IMG/VR virus record: IMGVR_UViG_3300036793_000056
Location: 1-37,537 of that record
DNA: 37,537 nt
From: a virus
Lineage: Duplodnaviria > Caudoviricetes
Reading direction: 5' to 3' (one strand)
This document shows, piece after piece, positions 14,995 to 23,905 of the stretch. The first letter of the stretch is position 1, and the number at the start of each line of letters is the position of its first letter. Below the pieces are notes generated by a model. The model was not told where the DNA came from and searched no databases. It saw nothing but the letters and a program-made list of their open reading frames with translations. The translations under genes and the position numbers were made by a program.

Positions 14995-17067
14995 GTGCGA
15001 TTCCAACTGCCTGAGCAGCTGCCCGAAACCGTAGCTGAGCTTGACGTGCTACGTGGTCAGGCCCGCGCTCAGATCAACGTCATTCAGGCCCGCCACGCTG
15101 CTGGCGAGACTTTGACACCCGACGACGCGGCTGAGCTGCGTCGGCTGCTTGAGGCTGACGACACCATCACCGCCGCCCGCGACGAGGCCGCCACGGCTGA
15201 GGCCGCGCACGCCGATGAGCTGAATGAACTGCTCAATCGCGTGCCCAGTGCCGACACCGACCAGGCCGACGACGACACCGACGCCGACGCGCAGGAGGGC
15301 GGCGAGGCTGCCGACCAGGCTGACGACGACGCTGGTGACGCCGATGCAGGCGACGGCAGTGCTGACGCCGATCAGGCCGACTCGCTGGCCGCCGGTGCGG
15401 GCAAACGCCCGGTGAGTTTTGGGGGCACCGGCAACGGTGACGCCCCTCAAGACACCGGCCCCGGCTGGCTCATGGCCCCCGGTACACCGGGGTTCAAGCC
15501 CGGCAAGGTCGGCTTCAAAGACCTGGGCCTGGCGATCGACAGCGTGCGACCCAAGAGCCTGGCGTCACGGCGGCCTAACCGTTCGCCGATGGTGCGCGAC
15601 AACGTGAGCTATGACCGCCAGGTCGTGGCCACCCTTGGCCGTGAGGTCGAGCTGATCGAAGACAGCCACGCGCTGGTCGCCGCGATCGAAAAGGCCACCA
15701 CCGAACTCAACGGTGAGCCAGTCACCGCGCAAGCCCTGACGGCCGCCGGTGGCTGGTGCGCACCGTCTGAGCAGCTGTACGACTTCTGCGACGTGCCCGA
15801 CGCGACCGACCTGGTGTCGTTGCCGGAAATCACGATCAACCGTGGCGGCATCCGCTGGCCGGTCGAGCCTGACCTGAGCAGCATCTTTGAGTCGTTCCAG
15901 TTCTTTTTCACTGAGGTCGACCTTGAGGCTGAGGACGGCGGGGGTAACCCGACGGCGATCAAGCAATGCGTCAGCATCCCCTGCCCCGACGAGTTCGATG
16001 AAATCCGGCTCAACGCGGTCGGTTACTGCGTCGAGGCTGGCATTTTGCAGACGCAGGGCTGGCCTGAGCTGATCACTTGGTTCATGCAGCACTTGACGCA
16101 GGAGCACTTGCGCGCCATCAGCCGCCGCACGATCTTGGACGTGGTAAACGGGTCTGGTGCGCCGATCGTGACGCCCCCGGCCAGCGTCATGGGGTCGGTG
16201 GCATCGGTACTTAACAGCCTTGACCTCAACGCGACCAACATTCGGCTGCGTCGTGGTCTGAGCCGTACCGCCACCATTGAGGGCATCGCGCCGTCGTGGT
16301 TCCCGGCGGTGCTGCGGGCTGACCTGGCCTACCGCGACGGCAAGGACGCGCTCAACACCACCGACGCCGAGGTCAACGCCTGGCTGACGGCCCGCAACAT
16401 TGCGTTGCAGTACGTCGGTGACTGGCAGACCCGCGACCCCGGCTACCCCGGCGCGCTCGACACGCTGGCGTGGCCTGCATCGGTCGACGTGGTGCTCTAC
16501 CCGGCGGGCACATGGTTCCGTTCCATGTCGCCGGTGATTGAGCTGGGCGTTTTCTACCCGAAAGAGCAGTTGCAGGTCAACCGCTACACCCGGTTCTTCA
16601 CTGAGGACGCCATCGCCGTCGGCCGTCGCTGCAACGTCAGCGTCGTGTCGCGCATCCCGCTGGCCGTCACTGGTGCGATCGGGCCGCGTATCGACCTGAC
16701 CAGCTACTACACCACGGCGCGCAGCACGCTGACGATCGGCGATCAGGAAACTGAGGTTCCGATCACCACAGCGGGCAGCCAGACCAACGTGCCGGTGACC
16801 AAGACGCTGGCGACCAGTGGCACCCCGACTGCGGGCACCGTCGACATTCACGTCGGCACCCTGACCGCAACCGGCGTGGCATGGAACGCCAACGCCGCAA
16901 CGGTCAAGGCCGCGATCGTGGCTCTGGACACCGGGTTCGGTGCGAACGACTTCACCGTCACCGGCGGCCCGTTGTCGACCGCACCGTTGCAGATCACGTT
17001 GCCGCAGGAGGCTGGCGCTCTGAGCGTCACGCCGCACCTGACCGGCGGCAGCGCGACTGTCTCGTAA
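14995..17067 (+). CDS. Major capsid (hexamer) protein with N-terminal scaffold region and C-terminal extension
   Basis: AGGAG SD. Acidic/coiled N-terminus, then ALTAAGGWCAPSEQLYDFC, typical of cluster B capsid proteins. Confidence 0.92.
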   Translation: MRFQLPEQLPETVAELDVLRGQARAQINVIQARHAAGETLTPDDAAELRRLLEADDTITAARDEAATAEAAHADELNELLNRVPSADTDQADDDTDADAQEGGEAADQADDDAGDADAGDGSADADQADSLAAGAGKRPVSFGGTGNGDAPQDTGPGWLMAPGTPGFKPGKVGFKDLGLAIDSVRPKSLASRRPNRSPMVRDNVSYDRQVVATLGREVELIEDSHALVAAIEKATTELNGEPVTAQALTAAGGWCAPSEQLYDFCDVPDATDLVSLPEITINRGGIRWPVEPDLSSIFESFQFFFTEVDLEAEDGGGNPTAIKQCVSIPCPDEFDEIRLNAVGYCVEAGILQTQGWPELITWFMQHLTQEHLRAISRRTILDVVNGSGAPIVTPPASVMGSVASVLNSLDLNATNIRLRRGLSRTATIEGIAPSWFPAVLRADLAYRDGKDALNTTDAEVNAWLTARNIALQYVGDWQTRDPGYPGALDTLAWPASVDVVLYPAGTWFRSMSPVIELGVFYPKEQLQVNRYTRFFTEDAIAVGRRCNVSVVSRIPLAVTGAIGPRIDLTSYYTTARSTLTIGDQETEVPITTAGSQTNVPVTKTLATSGTPTAGTVDIHVGTLTATGVAWNANAATVKAAIVALDTGFGANDFTVTGGPLSTAPLQITLPQEAGALSVTPHLTGGSATVS

Positions 17068-17086
17068 GGTCGCATAACAGCAGACT

Positions 17087-17144
17087 GAAGGCGGGTGACG
17101 TGGACAAACATGAGGCCGTCCGCGTCGCCCGCCTTCGCCTTTTT
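17087..17144 (+). terminator. Long hairpin plus U-tract between the capsid genes
   Basis: GAAGGCGGGTGACGTGGAC / GTCCGCGTCGCCCGCCTTC (19 bp with G-U pairs), then gccTTTTT. Confidence 0.8.
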
Positions 17145-17158
17145 GACAGGAGCGCAGC

Positions 17159-18283
17159 ATGACGTCACCGCCTGGCGTTTCGCCGATCGACACCGACCTG
17201 CCCGTACTGGGCCAGGACGGCCTGTCGACGCTGACCACGCCGATGCCTCTGCCGTCGATTCCGTTCGACGCCCCGCTGGTGAGCCCGGCGCAGATCGGCC
17301 TATACCCCCTGGTCGACTGGGACGAGGCCAACGGCCCGTCACGGTTCCTAGGTGAGGGCGTCTACGTGCGGCCGTTCAACTACGGCGGCGCGGCGGCGTT
17401 TGGCATCTGGGGCGCGGCCTGGTGCGGCGACGTCGAGCAGATCACCGTGTCGGGCACCGGCGGCACCTGGACCTACACCTACGATGGCGCACCGACCGGC
17501 GCGCTGGCCAACAACATCAGCGTCGACAACCTGCAACGGGCGATCGACGCGCTGCCCAACGTCGATGACGGCCAGGTCTACGTCAGCAGCCCCGGCGCGG
17601 GTGTCTACCTGGTCAGCCACAGCATTCCCGGCACGACCAGCGTCAATGGCGCTAGCCTGACCGGCCCGGCGGCGGGGGCTAAGACTGAGCCCGTGCGCAA
17701 GCAGGGCGAGCGCCCAGAGGACGGTGACCCGTTCCCGCCGATCACCGCCTGGGGCGCTGACGAGTGTGGGCCGGGCCGCGACAGCGAGGCTGAGCAGATC
17801 GTGCGCGCTCAGCAGAACCTCAAGCTGCTGGAACCGATCGCCGTCGAGCGCGAGCTGGCCGAGCGGATGCTGGCCGACGCCGCCGCCAACAGCGCCATCG
17901 CCACCCGCAGCAGGCTGGCCAGTGGTATTGCCTACCTTGAGGGCCTGCTGGCCGAGACGGGCACCGTGGGCATCATTCACGCCAGCGCGCAGTGGGCGGC
18001 GATCGCCGCCAACCAGCAATTGCTGCCCTACCAGCAGACCGTCGGGCTGAAAACCCGCCTGGGTCACCAGTTTGCCTTTGGCGGCGGCTACGTCGACGGC
18101 CTGGGCCTGACCCTGGTCGCGACGTCGGCGGTCTACGGCTGGCGCGACACCGTGATGGTGCGCACTGCCATGTCGTCAAGCCCGTATGACAACCGGGTTA
18201 TTGCCATCGCAGAGCGTAGCGTTTGCGTTGCTTATGAGGAACTGATCGGCGCAGTCACCATTCCGTCGACCGAACTGGACTAG
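17159..18283 (+). CDS. Capsid pentamer protein (second capsid protein)
   Basis: Follows the hexamer gene. Motifs FDAPLV.P...GLY, N.GG...FG.W...WC, T.LGH...FGGGY, N....IAERS. Confidence 0.8.
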   Translation: MTSPPGVSPIDTDLPVLGQDGLSTLTTPMPLPSIPFDAPLVSPAQIGLYPLVDWDEANGPSRFLGEGVYVRPFNYGGAAAFGIWGAAWCGDVEQITVSGTGGTWTYTYDGAPTGALANNISVDNLQRAIDALPNVDDGQVYVSSPGAGVYLVSHSIPGTTSVNGASLTGPAAGAKTEPVRKQGERPEDGDPFPPITAWGADECGPGRDSEAEQIVRAQQNLKLLEPIAVERELAERMLADAAANSAIATRSRLASGIAYLEGLLAETGTVGIIHASAQWAAIAANQQLLPYQQTVGLKTRLGHQFAFGGGYVDGLGLTLVATSAVYGWRDTVMVRTAMSSSPYDNRVIAIAERSVCVAYEELIGAVTIPSTELD

Positions 18284-18291
18284 GAGAGGTC

Positions 18292-18882
18292 ATGCCTACT
18301 GGTGTTGAGACATACATCGCTGACGGGTTCGCCACCGTCGACTTTGTAAACCCGTCGCTGCGTGGCCCCGGCCTGGCCAAGCTGGCCGAGATTGGCGGCG
18401 CTGAGTCGGTCGAAACGATCACCCGCGACGGGCCGCGCCGCAAGTACCGCGTGCCTGAGGGCAACGCCCGCGAGGCGGGCCTGGTCGACACCCCGATTGA
18501 CACGGCGGTGCGCGGTGACGCGGGCTGGGCGCAGGCACTCGCCGACGCCGACCCGATCGCCGACGGCGGCGAGTTTCGACCCGACGTGCCGTCGGTCAAG
18601 GGCGCTAACGACGCCGGGCCGGTACAACAGGCTCAGGTCGTCTCTAATCAGTCGGTGAGCACCACAGAGTCAGACGCACCGGCACCGGCCGTTGCCGTCG
18701 CACCGGCTCACACAGAGGTACAGGCGGCCGTCAAAAAGGCGCGGCCCAAGCCCGTCAAGCGGGCACCCGCAAAGCGACCTGGTAAATCAGGCGCACCCAC
18801 GATCGCCGCCCAAAAGGCGGCGCTGGCCACCGACCCGCAGTCACGGCCAGAGGTCACATCGGAAGCAGAGGGTAAATCGTGA
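18292..18882 (+). CDS. Virion-associated hypothetical protein, Ala/Lys/Pro-rich C-terminus
   Basis: GGAGAGG SD. GFATVDFV..SLRGPGL motif. Position after the capsid genes. Confidence 0.75.
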   Translation: MPTGVETYIADGFATVDFVNPSLRGPGLAKLAEIGGAESVETITRDGPRRKYRVPEGNAREAGLVDTPIDTAVRGDAGWAQALADADPIADGGEFRPDVPSVKGANDAGPVQQAQVVSNQSVSTTESDAPAPAVAVAPAHTEVQAAVKKARPKPVKRAPAKRPGKSGAPTIAAQKAALATDPQSRPEVTSEAEGKS

Positions 18883-19154
18883 CACAGCCTGCCAGCACGG
18901 CCGGTCTGCCGACTGAGTTCTCGGCGATCAAAAAGGCCGTCATCAACGTCCTGACTTTGATCGTCGCTATCGGGGCACCGACGCTCGACTACCTGGGTGT
19001 CATTCATGTGCCCGGCAACGTGGTGCTGATCTTCTCAGGTGTCATCGGCGTCGCCGGGACGATCTTGCACTACCTGGTGCCCAACACGACCACCAACCCG
19101 GCGGTTGCGGCAGCTCAGTCGGTCAAGCTTGTCTCCCCGAGCGTCGCAGCCTAA
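18879..19154 (+). CDS. Putative holin
   Basis: 91 aa, two TM segments, KKA near the N-terminus and VPN after TM2. Confidence 0.65.
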   Translation: MTQPASTAGLPTEFSAIKKAVINVLTLIVAIGAPTLDYLGVIHVPGNVVLIFSGVIGVAGTILHYLVPNTTTNPAVAAAQSVKLVSPSVAA

Positions 19155-19159
19155 CGGCT

Positions 19160-19702
19160 GTGACAAGCCCCTGGAACGGGCCAAGGCATCGGAGTTGGGC
19201 CAGTGACACGATCATCACGGCCGTCATGTTTCTCGTCGTCCTACTGGCGACGGTCATCACTGACGCTCTGAATGGCCCGGCCCCGGCACCGACTTACCTG
19301 ACAGGTCTGCTGGGTGCCACGGCGACGGCATTTTTTGCCGCCGCCAGCAGCGACAAAAACAAGCGTGAGCGCGAGGTCAGCGACACCGCGACCCGCGCTG
19401 AGTCAAAAGCCGACACGGCGCTTGGCCAGTCGGCGGCGGTGAGCAGCATGGCTGACAGCGTTCTCGCAGTTCAAGAGCGCCAGCTGCTCGCTGAGCGGGC
19501 CGCATTGCAGGCGATGTATGACGCGGTGGAGGCCAAAGAGGCACAGGGTATTCCGGTACTTCGGGAAACCCGTGTGACGATCGAGCAGATGGAACGTCAG
19601 ATCAAGCTGCTCGACGCGGAGGTCGAGCAACGGCGTGCTCATGCCAGCTCGCCAGCCGAGCACGCCCAGGTCGATCTGGGTGATTCAGGTGGTGAGCCGT
19701 GA
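19160..19702 (+). CDS. Two-TM membrane protein with C-terminal coiled coil
   Basis: Hydrophobic N-terminal pair and heptad-like tail. Confidence 0.75.
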   Translation: MTSPWNGPRHRSWASDTIITAVMFLVVLLATVITDALNGPAPAPTYLTGLLGATATAFFAAASSDKNKREREVSDTATRAESKADTALGQSAAVSSMADSVLAVQERQLLAERAALQAMYDAVEAKEAQGIPVLRETRVTIEQMERQIKLLDAEVEQRRAHASSPAEHAQVDLGDSGGEP

Positions 19703-20301
19703 TGACGTCGGTTCTACACACCTACGTCTACTCAGGGCCGCCCGCTGTCGGGGCGCTGGTGGCCCTGATTGTGTGGCACATTTACTGCCACCAAAAAGCC
19801 AGGTGGGAGGACCGTCACCACCCGTTGAGCGACGGTCAGAAGCACTACGTCGCGCACATGAACCGGGTCTGGGTTTCCGGTGTGGTGGGCGTGTTGGTGA
19901 TCGGCTATGTGCTGCTGACCGCCCAAGAGGCGCAGGATCAGGCGGTCGCCGTGGCCAAAGACGCCGCGCGGTGCTGGTCTGAGGCGTACAGGTCAACCAA
20001 GGCCCAGATCGACCTCAACGCGCAAAACGACAAAATCAGTCGCCAGCAGCAGCAATTGCAGCGTGACTACGACCGCGACACGTCGGACTGGCTCAAGGAT
20101 TTGGTTGCCCCGCCCGGTGAGCTGGCGGCGCAAGACACCAACAGCCCGGCGCGGCAGCTGTACGGTCTACAACGCACCGCCGTGTACCAATCGCAGATTG
20201 ATGACTTAGGCCGTCAGTTCGACACGCTGGTGGCTCAACGGGTGAAGCTTGACGAGGAGCGTCAGGCCCATCCTCTACCGTCTGTGACATGCGGAAAGTA
20301 A
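19699..20301 (+). CDS. Two-TM membrane protein with coiled-coil ectodomain and two flanking Cys
   Basis: GTGA overlap. TM pair, then ARCW...TCGK. Confidence 0.75.
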   Translation: MMTSVLHTYVYSGPPAVGALVALIVWHIYCHQKARWEDRHHPLSDGQKHYVAHMNRVWVSGVVGVLVIGYVLLTAQEAQDQAVAVAKDAARCWSEAYRSTKAQIDLNAQNDKISRQQQQLQRDYDRDTSDWLKDLVAPPGELAAQDTNSPARQLYGLQRTAVYQSQIDDLGRQFDTLVAQRVKLDEERQAHPLPSVTCGK

Positions 20302-20993
20302 TTCTTGCCCTGCTGATGTTTGTCACGGCGCTGGGCTTTATGTCGTCACCCCCGGCGCACGCCGACTACTTCCAATACCCGTGCAACTACCCTTTCGTCG
20401 GCACCAGTTTCGACGCAAAGCTGCTGGTAGTCGACGCGGGCGGGCAATTCTGCGACGGGCCGACTGAGGTCAACTGGACCCACTATCACTGCTGGTCAGG
20501 TGGTGCCACCGTCAACATCGGGGCGTTTGCCTTTGCGCCGGTCGGCCCCCTCTCACTGGGTGGGTTCGGCGGCAGCGGTGCTGGCGGCAATGGCGGCCAG
20601 TGCCGTTACGTGTGTCCCGATGGGCTCATCGCTCCGTTTCCCAATCCCCCGGCCGCGTGGATCAAAGAGCTGCATTTGGATCCCAAAAAAAATGACTGCG
20701 TGGGCCACGCGGGGATTCGGGGCGACACCAGCACGCCGCTGGCCAATCAGCTGCCCGGCAACATGCAGCCCGGCGAAGACCCGCCGCCCGGCGTAGCGGT
20801 GCCCGCGTTCCCCGGCGGCCTGCCTGAGGGCGAGCACAACCCCGACGCCAAGCCGGGACCGCCACCGGCCACGCCACCAGGCGTGCAAGGCCCCGACGGG
20901 CCACCGATGCCCAGCGGGCACCCAGTCACCCCTGCGGGCGGCGACGACGCGCCGTCTCCGTTGACGCCTGGCTCACCGATGGCGCTGCCGTAA
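20289..20993 (+). CDS. Secreted CDGP-domain-like protein with Pro-rich tail
   Basis: Signal peptide ending AHA-D. GGQFCDGP.....H.HC. Six Cys. Confidence 0.7.
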   Translation: MRKVILALLMFVTALGFMSSPPAHADYFQYPCNYPFVGTSFDAKLLVVDAGGQFCDGPTEVNWTHYHCWSGGATVNIGAFAFAPVGPLSLGGFGGSGAGGNGGQCRYVCPDGLIAPFPNPPAAWIKELHLDPKKNDCVGHAGIRGDTSTPLANQLPGNMQPGEDPPPGVAVPAFPGGLPEGEHNPDAKPGPPPATPPGVQGPDGPPMPSGHPVTPAGGDDAPSPLTPGSPMALP

Positions 20994-20994
20994 C

Positions 20995-21015
20995 TGCACG
21001 GCCGTTCCCTAGTGT
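20995..21015 (+). promoter_or_regulatory. Putative late promoter TGCACG-N9-TAGTGT
   Basis: Intergenic, followed by an AGGAGG SD and the major tail start. Confidence 0.6.
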
Positions 21016-21053
21016 CACTACCAGCCTCATCGGACAACTAGGAGGACCGGGCC

Positions 21054-22133
21054 GTGTCCCAATACCCACTCGTATTTGGAGTGAAGTTGCGGCTGACCAA
21101 GGTGAACAGCTGCGGTCTACCGCTGGCCGGTAATGGCAACCGCATCGTCACCAAGGGCTTTGTCACCGCCAACTTCACCCCGCAGATGAAAGACGCTGCT
21201 GACCTTGACCAGAACAACGCCGAGGGCCTGATCTGCGTCACTGAGCGCACGGCCCCTCAGCGCAAGCGATGGAACATGGCGCTGGAGCTCTGCAACGTCG
21301 ACACCGGCGTGATCGCACTGCTCACCAGCTGGGAGCAGCTGCTTGACTATCTCGACAACCCAAACGGGTTCCAAGACTCTGAGTCGGTGGAATCTGAGCT
21401 GGGTGTCGCCATCGAAATCTGGACCGGCGGCAAGGCGGCCGATGACTGTCCGGCACCGACGACCGACGACATTTTCACCAACCCTGGCACCGGCAAAAAG
21501 TACGGCTACACGCTGGCCTTTGGCACCGAGTTCCAGCTGGGCAATGTCAACATCGGCGCGCAGGTGTCGACCCTGACTCTGACCGGCATCACCTTTGCCG
21601 GGCCGCAGTGGGGTCGTGGCCCGTACAACGTGGCTCAGATCGACGGCAACGGCACCGCAGGCCGGATGCTCACGCCGACCAACAACGACAGCCATCTGCG
21701 CATGTTCCGCACGCCGATCGCGCCGCCCGATGACACCCCGGCGGGCGTCCCGGCCGCACTGGCGATCGACACCTTGTTCACCGCGCCGAACTTCTACTTT
21801 GGTGGACCGGCCAACGCGGCCCCCGCCGACGTGGCACCGGAGCAAGGTTCGTCCGAGGGCTGGAATGTCAGCTTCGGTGCGGCGAGCGCCGGTACCGGCA
21901 CGCTGGTGGTCGATGGTCTACCGACCGCGCCTATCGCCTTCAACGCCAACGCGGCGGCCGTCAAGGCGGCCATCGTGGCGCTGGACGATGGGCACACCGC
22001 CAACGACGTCACCGTCACCGGCGGCCCGCTGCCCGCAGCGGTGCACGTCGCCACCGATTGGGATGCCACCGTGGAGCCCGGCACTGCGACCGGCCTCACC
22101 GGCGGCACGATCACGGTCACGCCGACCGCCTGA
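21054..22133 (+). CDS. Major tail protein with C-terminal extension
   Basis: G.KLR.TKVNSCG.P, NA.G..CV, WGRGPY motifs. Strong SD. Followed by a terminator. Confidence 0.9.
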   Translation: MSQYPLVFGVKLRLTKVNSCGLPLAGNGNRIVTKGFVTANFTPQMKDAADLDQNNAEGLICVTERTAPQRKRWNMALELCNVDTGVIALLTSWEQLLDYLDNPNGFQDSESVESELGVAIEIWTGGKAADDCPAPTTDDIFTNPGTGKKYGYTLAFGTEFQLGNVNIGAQVSTLTLTGITFAGPQWGRGPYNVAQIDGNGTAGRMLTPTNNDSHLRMFRTPIAPPDDTPAGVPAALAIDTLFTAPNFYFGGPANAAPADVAPEQGSSEGWNVSFGAASAGTGTLVVDGLPTAPIAFNANAAAVKAAIVALDDGHTANDVTVTGGPLPAAVHVATDWDATVEPGTATGLTGGTITVTPTA

Positions 22134-22149
22134 CCCGCTACCACGCGGT

Positions 22150-22190
22150 AAACGACGAGCGCCGGGCGATCCCCGGCGCTTCGTCGTTTT
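22150..22190 (+). terminator. Rho-independent terminator
   Basis: AACGACGA-GCGCCGGG / CCCGGCGC-T-TCGTCGTT stem ending in TTTT. Confidence 0.85.
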
Positions 22191-22205
22191 CGCCCCCTGA
22201 CCCGT

Positions 22206-22211
22206 TAACCT
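22206..22211 (+). promoter_or_regulatory. -10 box TAACCT, leaderless
   Basis: 6 nt upstream of ATG 22218, immediately after a terminator. Confidence 0.7.
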
Positions 22212-22217
22212 GATCGC

Positions 22218-23030
22218 ATGGCGTTCACCTGGGATATCGACCGCAGCGCGTTCCCGCCGCTGCCGACGCTGAGCGACCCGCCTACCCCGACTGAGCAGGC
22301 CGCCTACGACGAGGCGCTGGCAATCCAGAGCGGGTCTGAGGACGTCGCCGTCGCGGTGCTCTGGGCGCTGTCTGGCCGCCAGTACGGCCTCAACGACGTC
22401 ACGGTGCGGCCGTGCCGATCTGAGCGCAGCTTTGGCATGGGCAGCACCAGCGGCCTGGGCTACCGCGACGGCTACGCCTATGGCGGCCTGGGCAGCGTGT
22501 TTTGGAACATGTTCATCTGGAACGGCGACGACTGGCTGGCCGACGGCAGCCTGGGCTGCGGCTGTGTCGGCCAGTGCCGGGTCAGCGGCCCGCGCATGAT
22601 CCACCTGCCCGGCCCGGCGCAGACGATCACCAGCGTCACGATCAATGGCACCGTGCAGGATGCGTCGACCTACACCCTTGAGGGTGACGTGCTCTATCGC
22701 ATCGGCGCGGTCTGGCCGTTCCAAGACTTGGGCCGCCCGGCCGGTGAGCGTGGCACTTGGACCGTCGAGTACCAGCGCGGCATCCCGGTGCCCAACGGCG
22801 TCGCCCAATTGACCGGCCAGTTGGCCCTTGAGATGTTCAACGCGGTCAAAGCACCGGCAAAATGCCGACTGCCGCGCAACGTGGTGGCGACGTCGCGCAA
22901 CGGTGTCACCTACCAGGTCTATGACCCGACGACGTTCTACGAGGCGGGCAAGACGGGTATGCCCGAGATCGACCTCTGGCTGATGAGCGTCAATCCCAAT
23001 CACATCATGCAGGCCCCGAGCGTGCTATGA
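22218..23030 (+). CDS. Head-to-tail adaptor
   Basis: LWALSGRQYG....VRPC, CRLP, TG.PEIDLWL.SVNP motifs and synteny. Confidence 0.8.
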   Translation: MAFTWDIDRSAFPPLPTLSDPPTPTEQAAYDEALAIQSGSEDVAVAVLWALSGRQYGLNDVTVRPCRSERSFGMGSTSGLGYRDGYAYGGLGSVFWNMFIWNGDDWLADGSLGCGCVGQCRVSGPRMIHLPGPAQTITSVTINGTVQDASTYTLEGDVLYRIGAVWPFQDLGRPAGERGTWTVEYQRGIPVPNGVAQLTGQLALEMFNAVKAPAKCRLPRNVVATSRNGVTYQVYDPTTFYEAGKTGMPEIDLWLMSVNPNHIMQAPSVL

Positions 23031-23560
23031 CGTCACCGCCTGTCTGCGTCGACCCGGCCAGCGACGTCATCGACGCCTTTAAGGCCGGGCTGCTGGCCGC
23101 CTACGACGTCGGCTCAGCGTGCCCGCCTGATGGCCTCACAGCCACGCCGCCGGTGTACTTCTTTGGCGGCGAGAGTGCACCCCTTGAGGCGTGGAACGCG
23201 CACAGCACCGACCCCGGCTGCGACGTGCCGTTTCTCTGGGTGCGGTTTGCCGGGCGGTATCAGACCCGCCGGTTCCCTGAGCCGGTCAGCGACGTGGTGG
23301 ACTGCGACATACCCAGCGCGATGGAAGTCGAAATCGGCGCGGGCTGGTGCTGCGTGATCGCCAGCGACGCGGCCCCCGCCGACTACGCCGTCGACGCCGA
23401 GAAAAGTCTGATCAACAGTTGGCGCATCGAACGTGCCCGGTGTGCGGCGATGGCGACACTCCGCGCCAAGGACCACAAAGTCGCCATTGACCTGATCACG
23501 CCGTATGGTCCAGAGGGCGGGATTATGGCGTGGATGACGCTCACCCGCGTGTCGATCTAG
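23027..23560 (+). CDS. Head-tail joining / tail terminator-like protein
   Basis: Synteny. P.LWVR and PYGPEGG motifs. Confidence 0.6.
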   Translation: MTSPPVCVDPASDVIDAFKAGLLAAYDVGSACPPDGLTATPPVYFFGGESAPLEAWNAHSTDPGCDVPFLWVRFAGRYQTRRFPEPVSDVVDCDIPSAMEVEIGAGWCCVIASDAAPADYAVDAEKSLINSWRIERARCAAMATLRAKDHKVAIDLITPYGPEGGIMAWMTLTRVSI

Positions 23561-23569
23561 GAGGTAATC

Positions 23570-23905
23570 GTGACTCAGATGGTCACCATTGAGGGCAGTG
23601 TCACCCCGTCGTCTGAGCTGCCCAAGGGTCAGCGCCAGACGGTGCAGTACACCGATCGCATCGCGCGCCTGGTCGAGCGTGGCTACGTCGTGATCGTTGA
23701 CGGCCCGCACGACACCGACGCGCCCGTCGAGACTGAGCTGACGCCGATCCCCGAGGCCAACCAGCTGCCGCCCGCCGACGGGCAGCTGCACACGGCTGAG
23801 GGCACCGGCGAGGTCAACGTCGGCGTTGAGGCTGAGCCTGACGGCAGCTGGCATGAGCTGGCCCCGCAACACCCCGACGAAAGCGCACAGCCACACGATG
23901 GCTGA
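23570..23905 (+). CDS. Hypothetical virion-region protein, 111 aa
   Basis: AGGAGGT SD. VTIEGS..PS..L..G.R.TV motif. Confidence 0.75.
   Translation: MTQMVTIEGSVTPSSELPKGQRQTVQYTDRIARLVERGYVVIVDGPHDTDAPVETELTPIPEANQLPPADGQLHTAEGTGEVNVGVEAEPDGSWHELAPQHPDESAQPHDG

Noticed and set aside
15565-17331. 588-aa antisense ORF and many other long shadow ORFs (e.g. 3960-4904, 21117-21845, 21918-23003)
   Set aside because: They lie opposite well-supported genes, have no motifs, and are expected from stop-codon scarcity in high-GC DNA.
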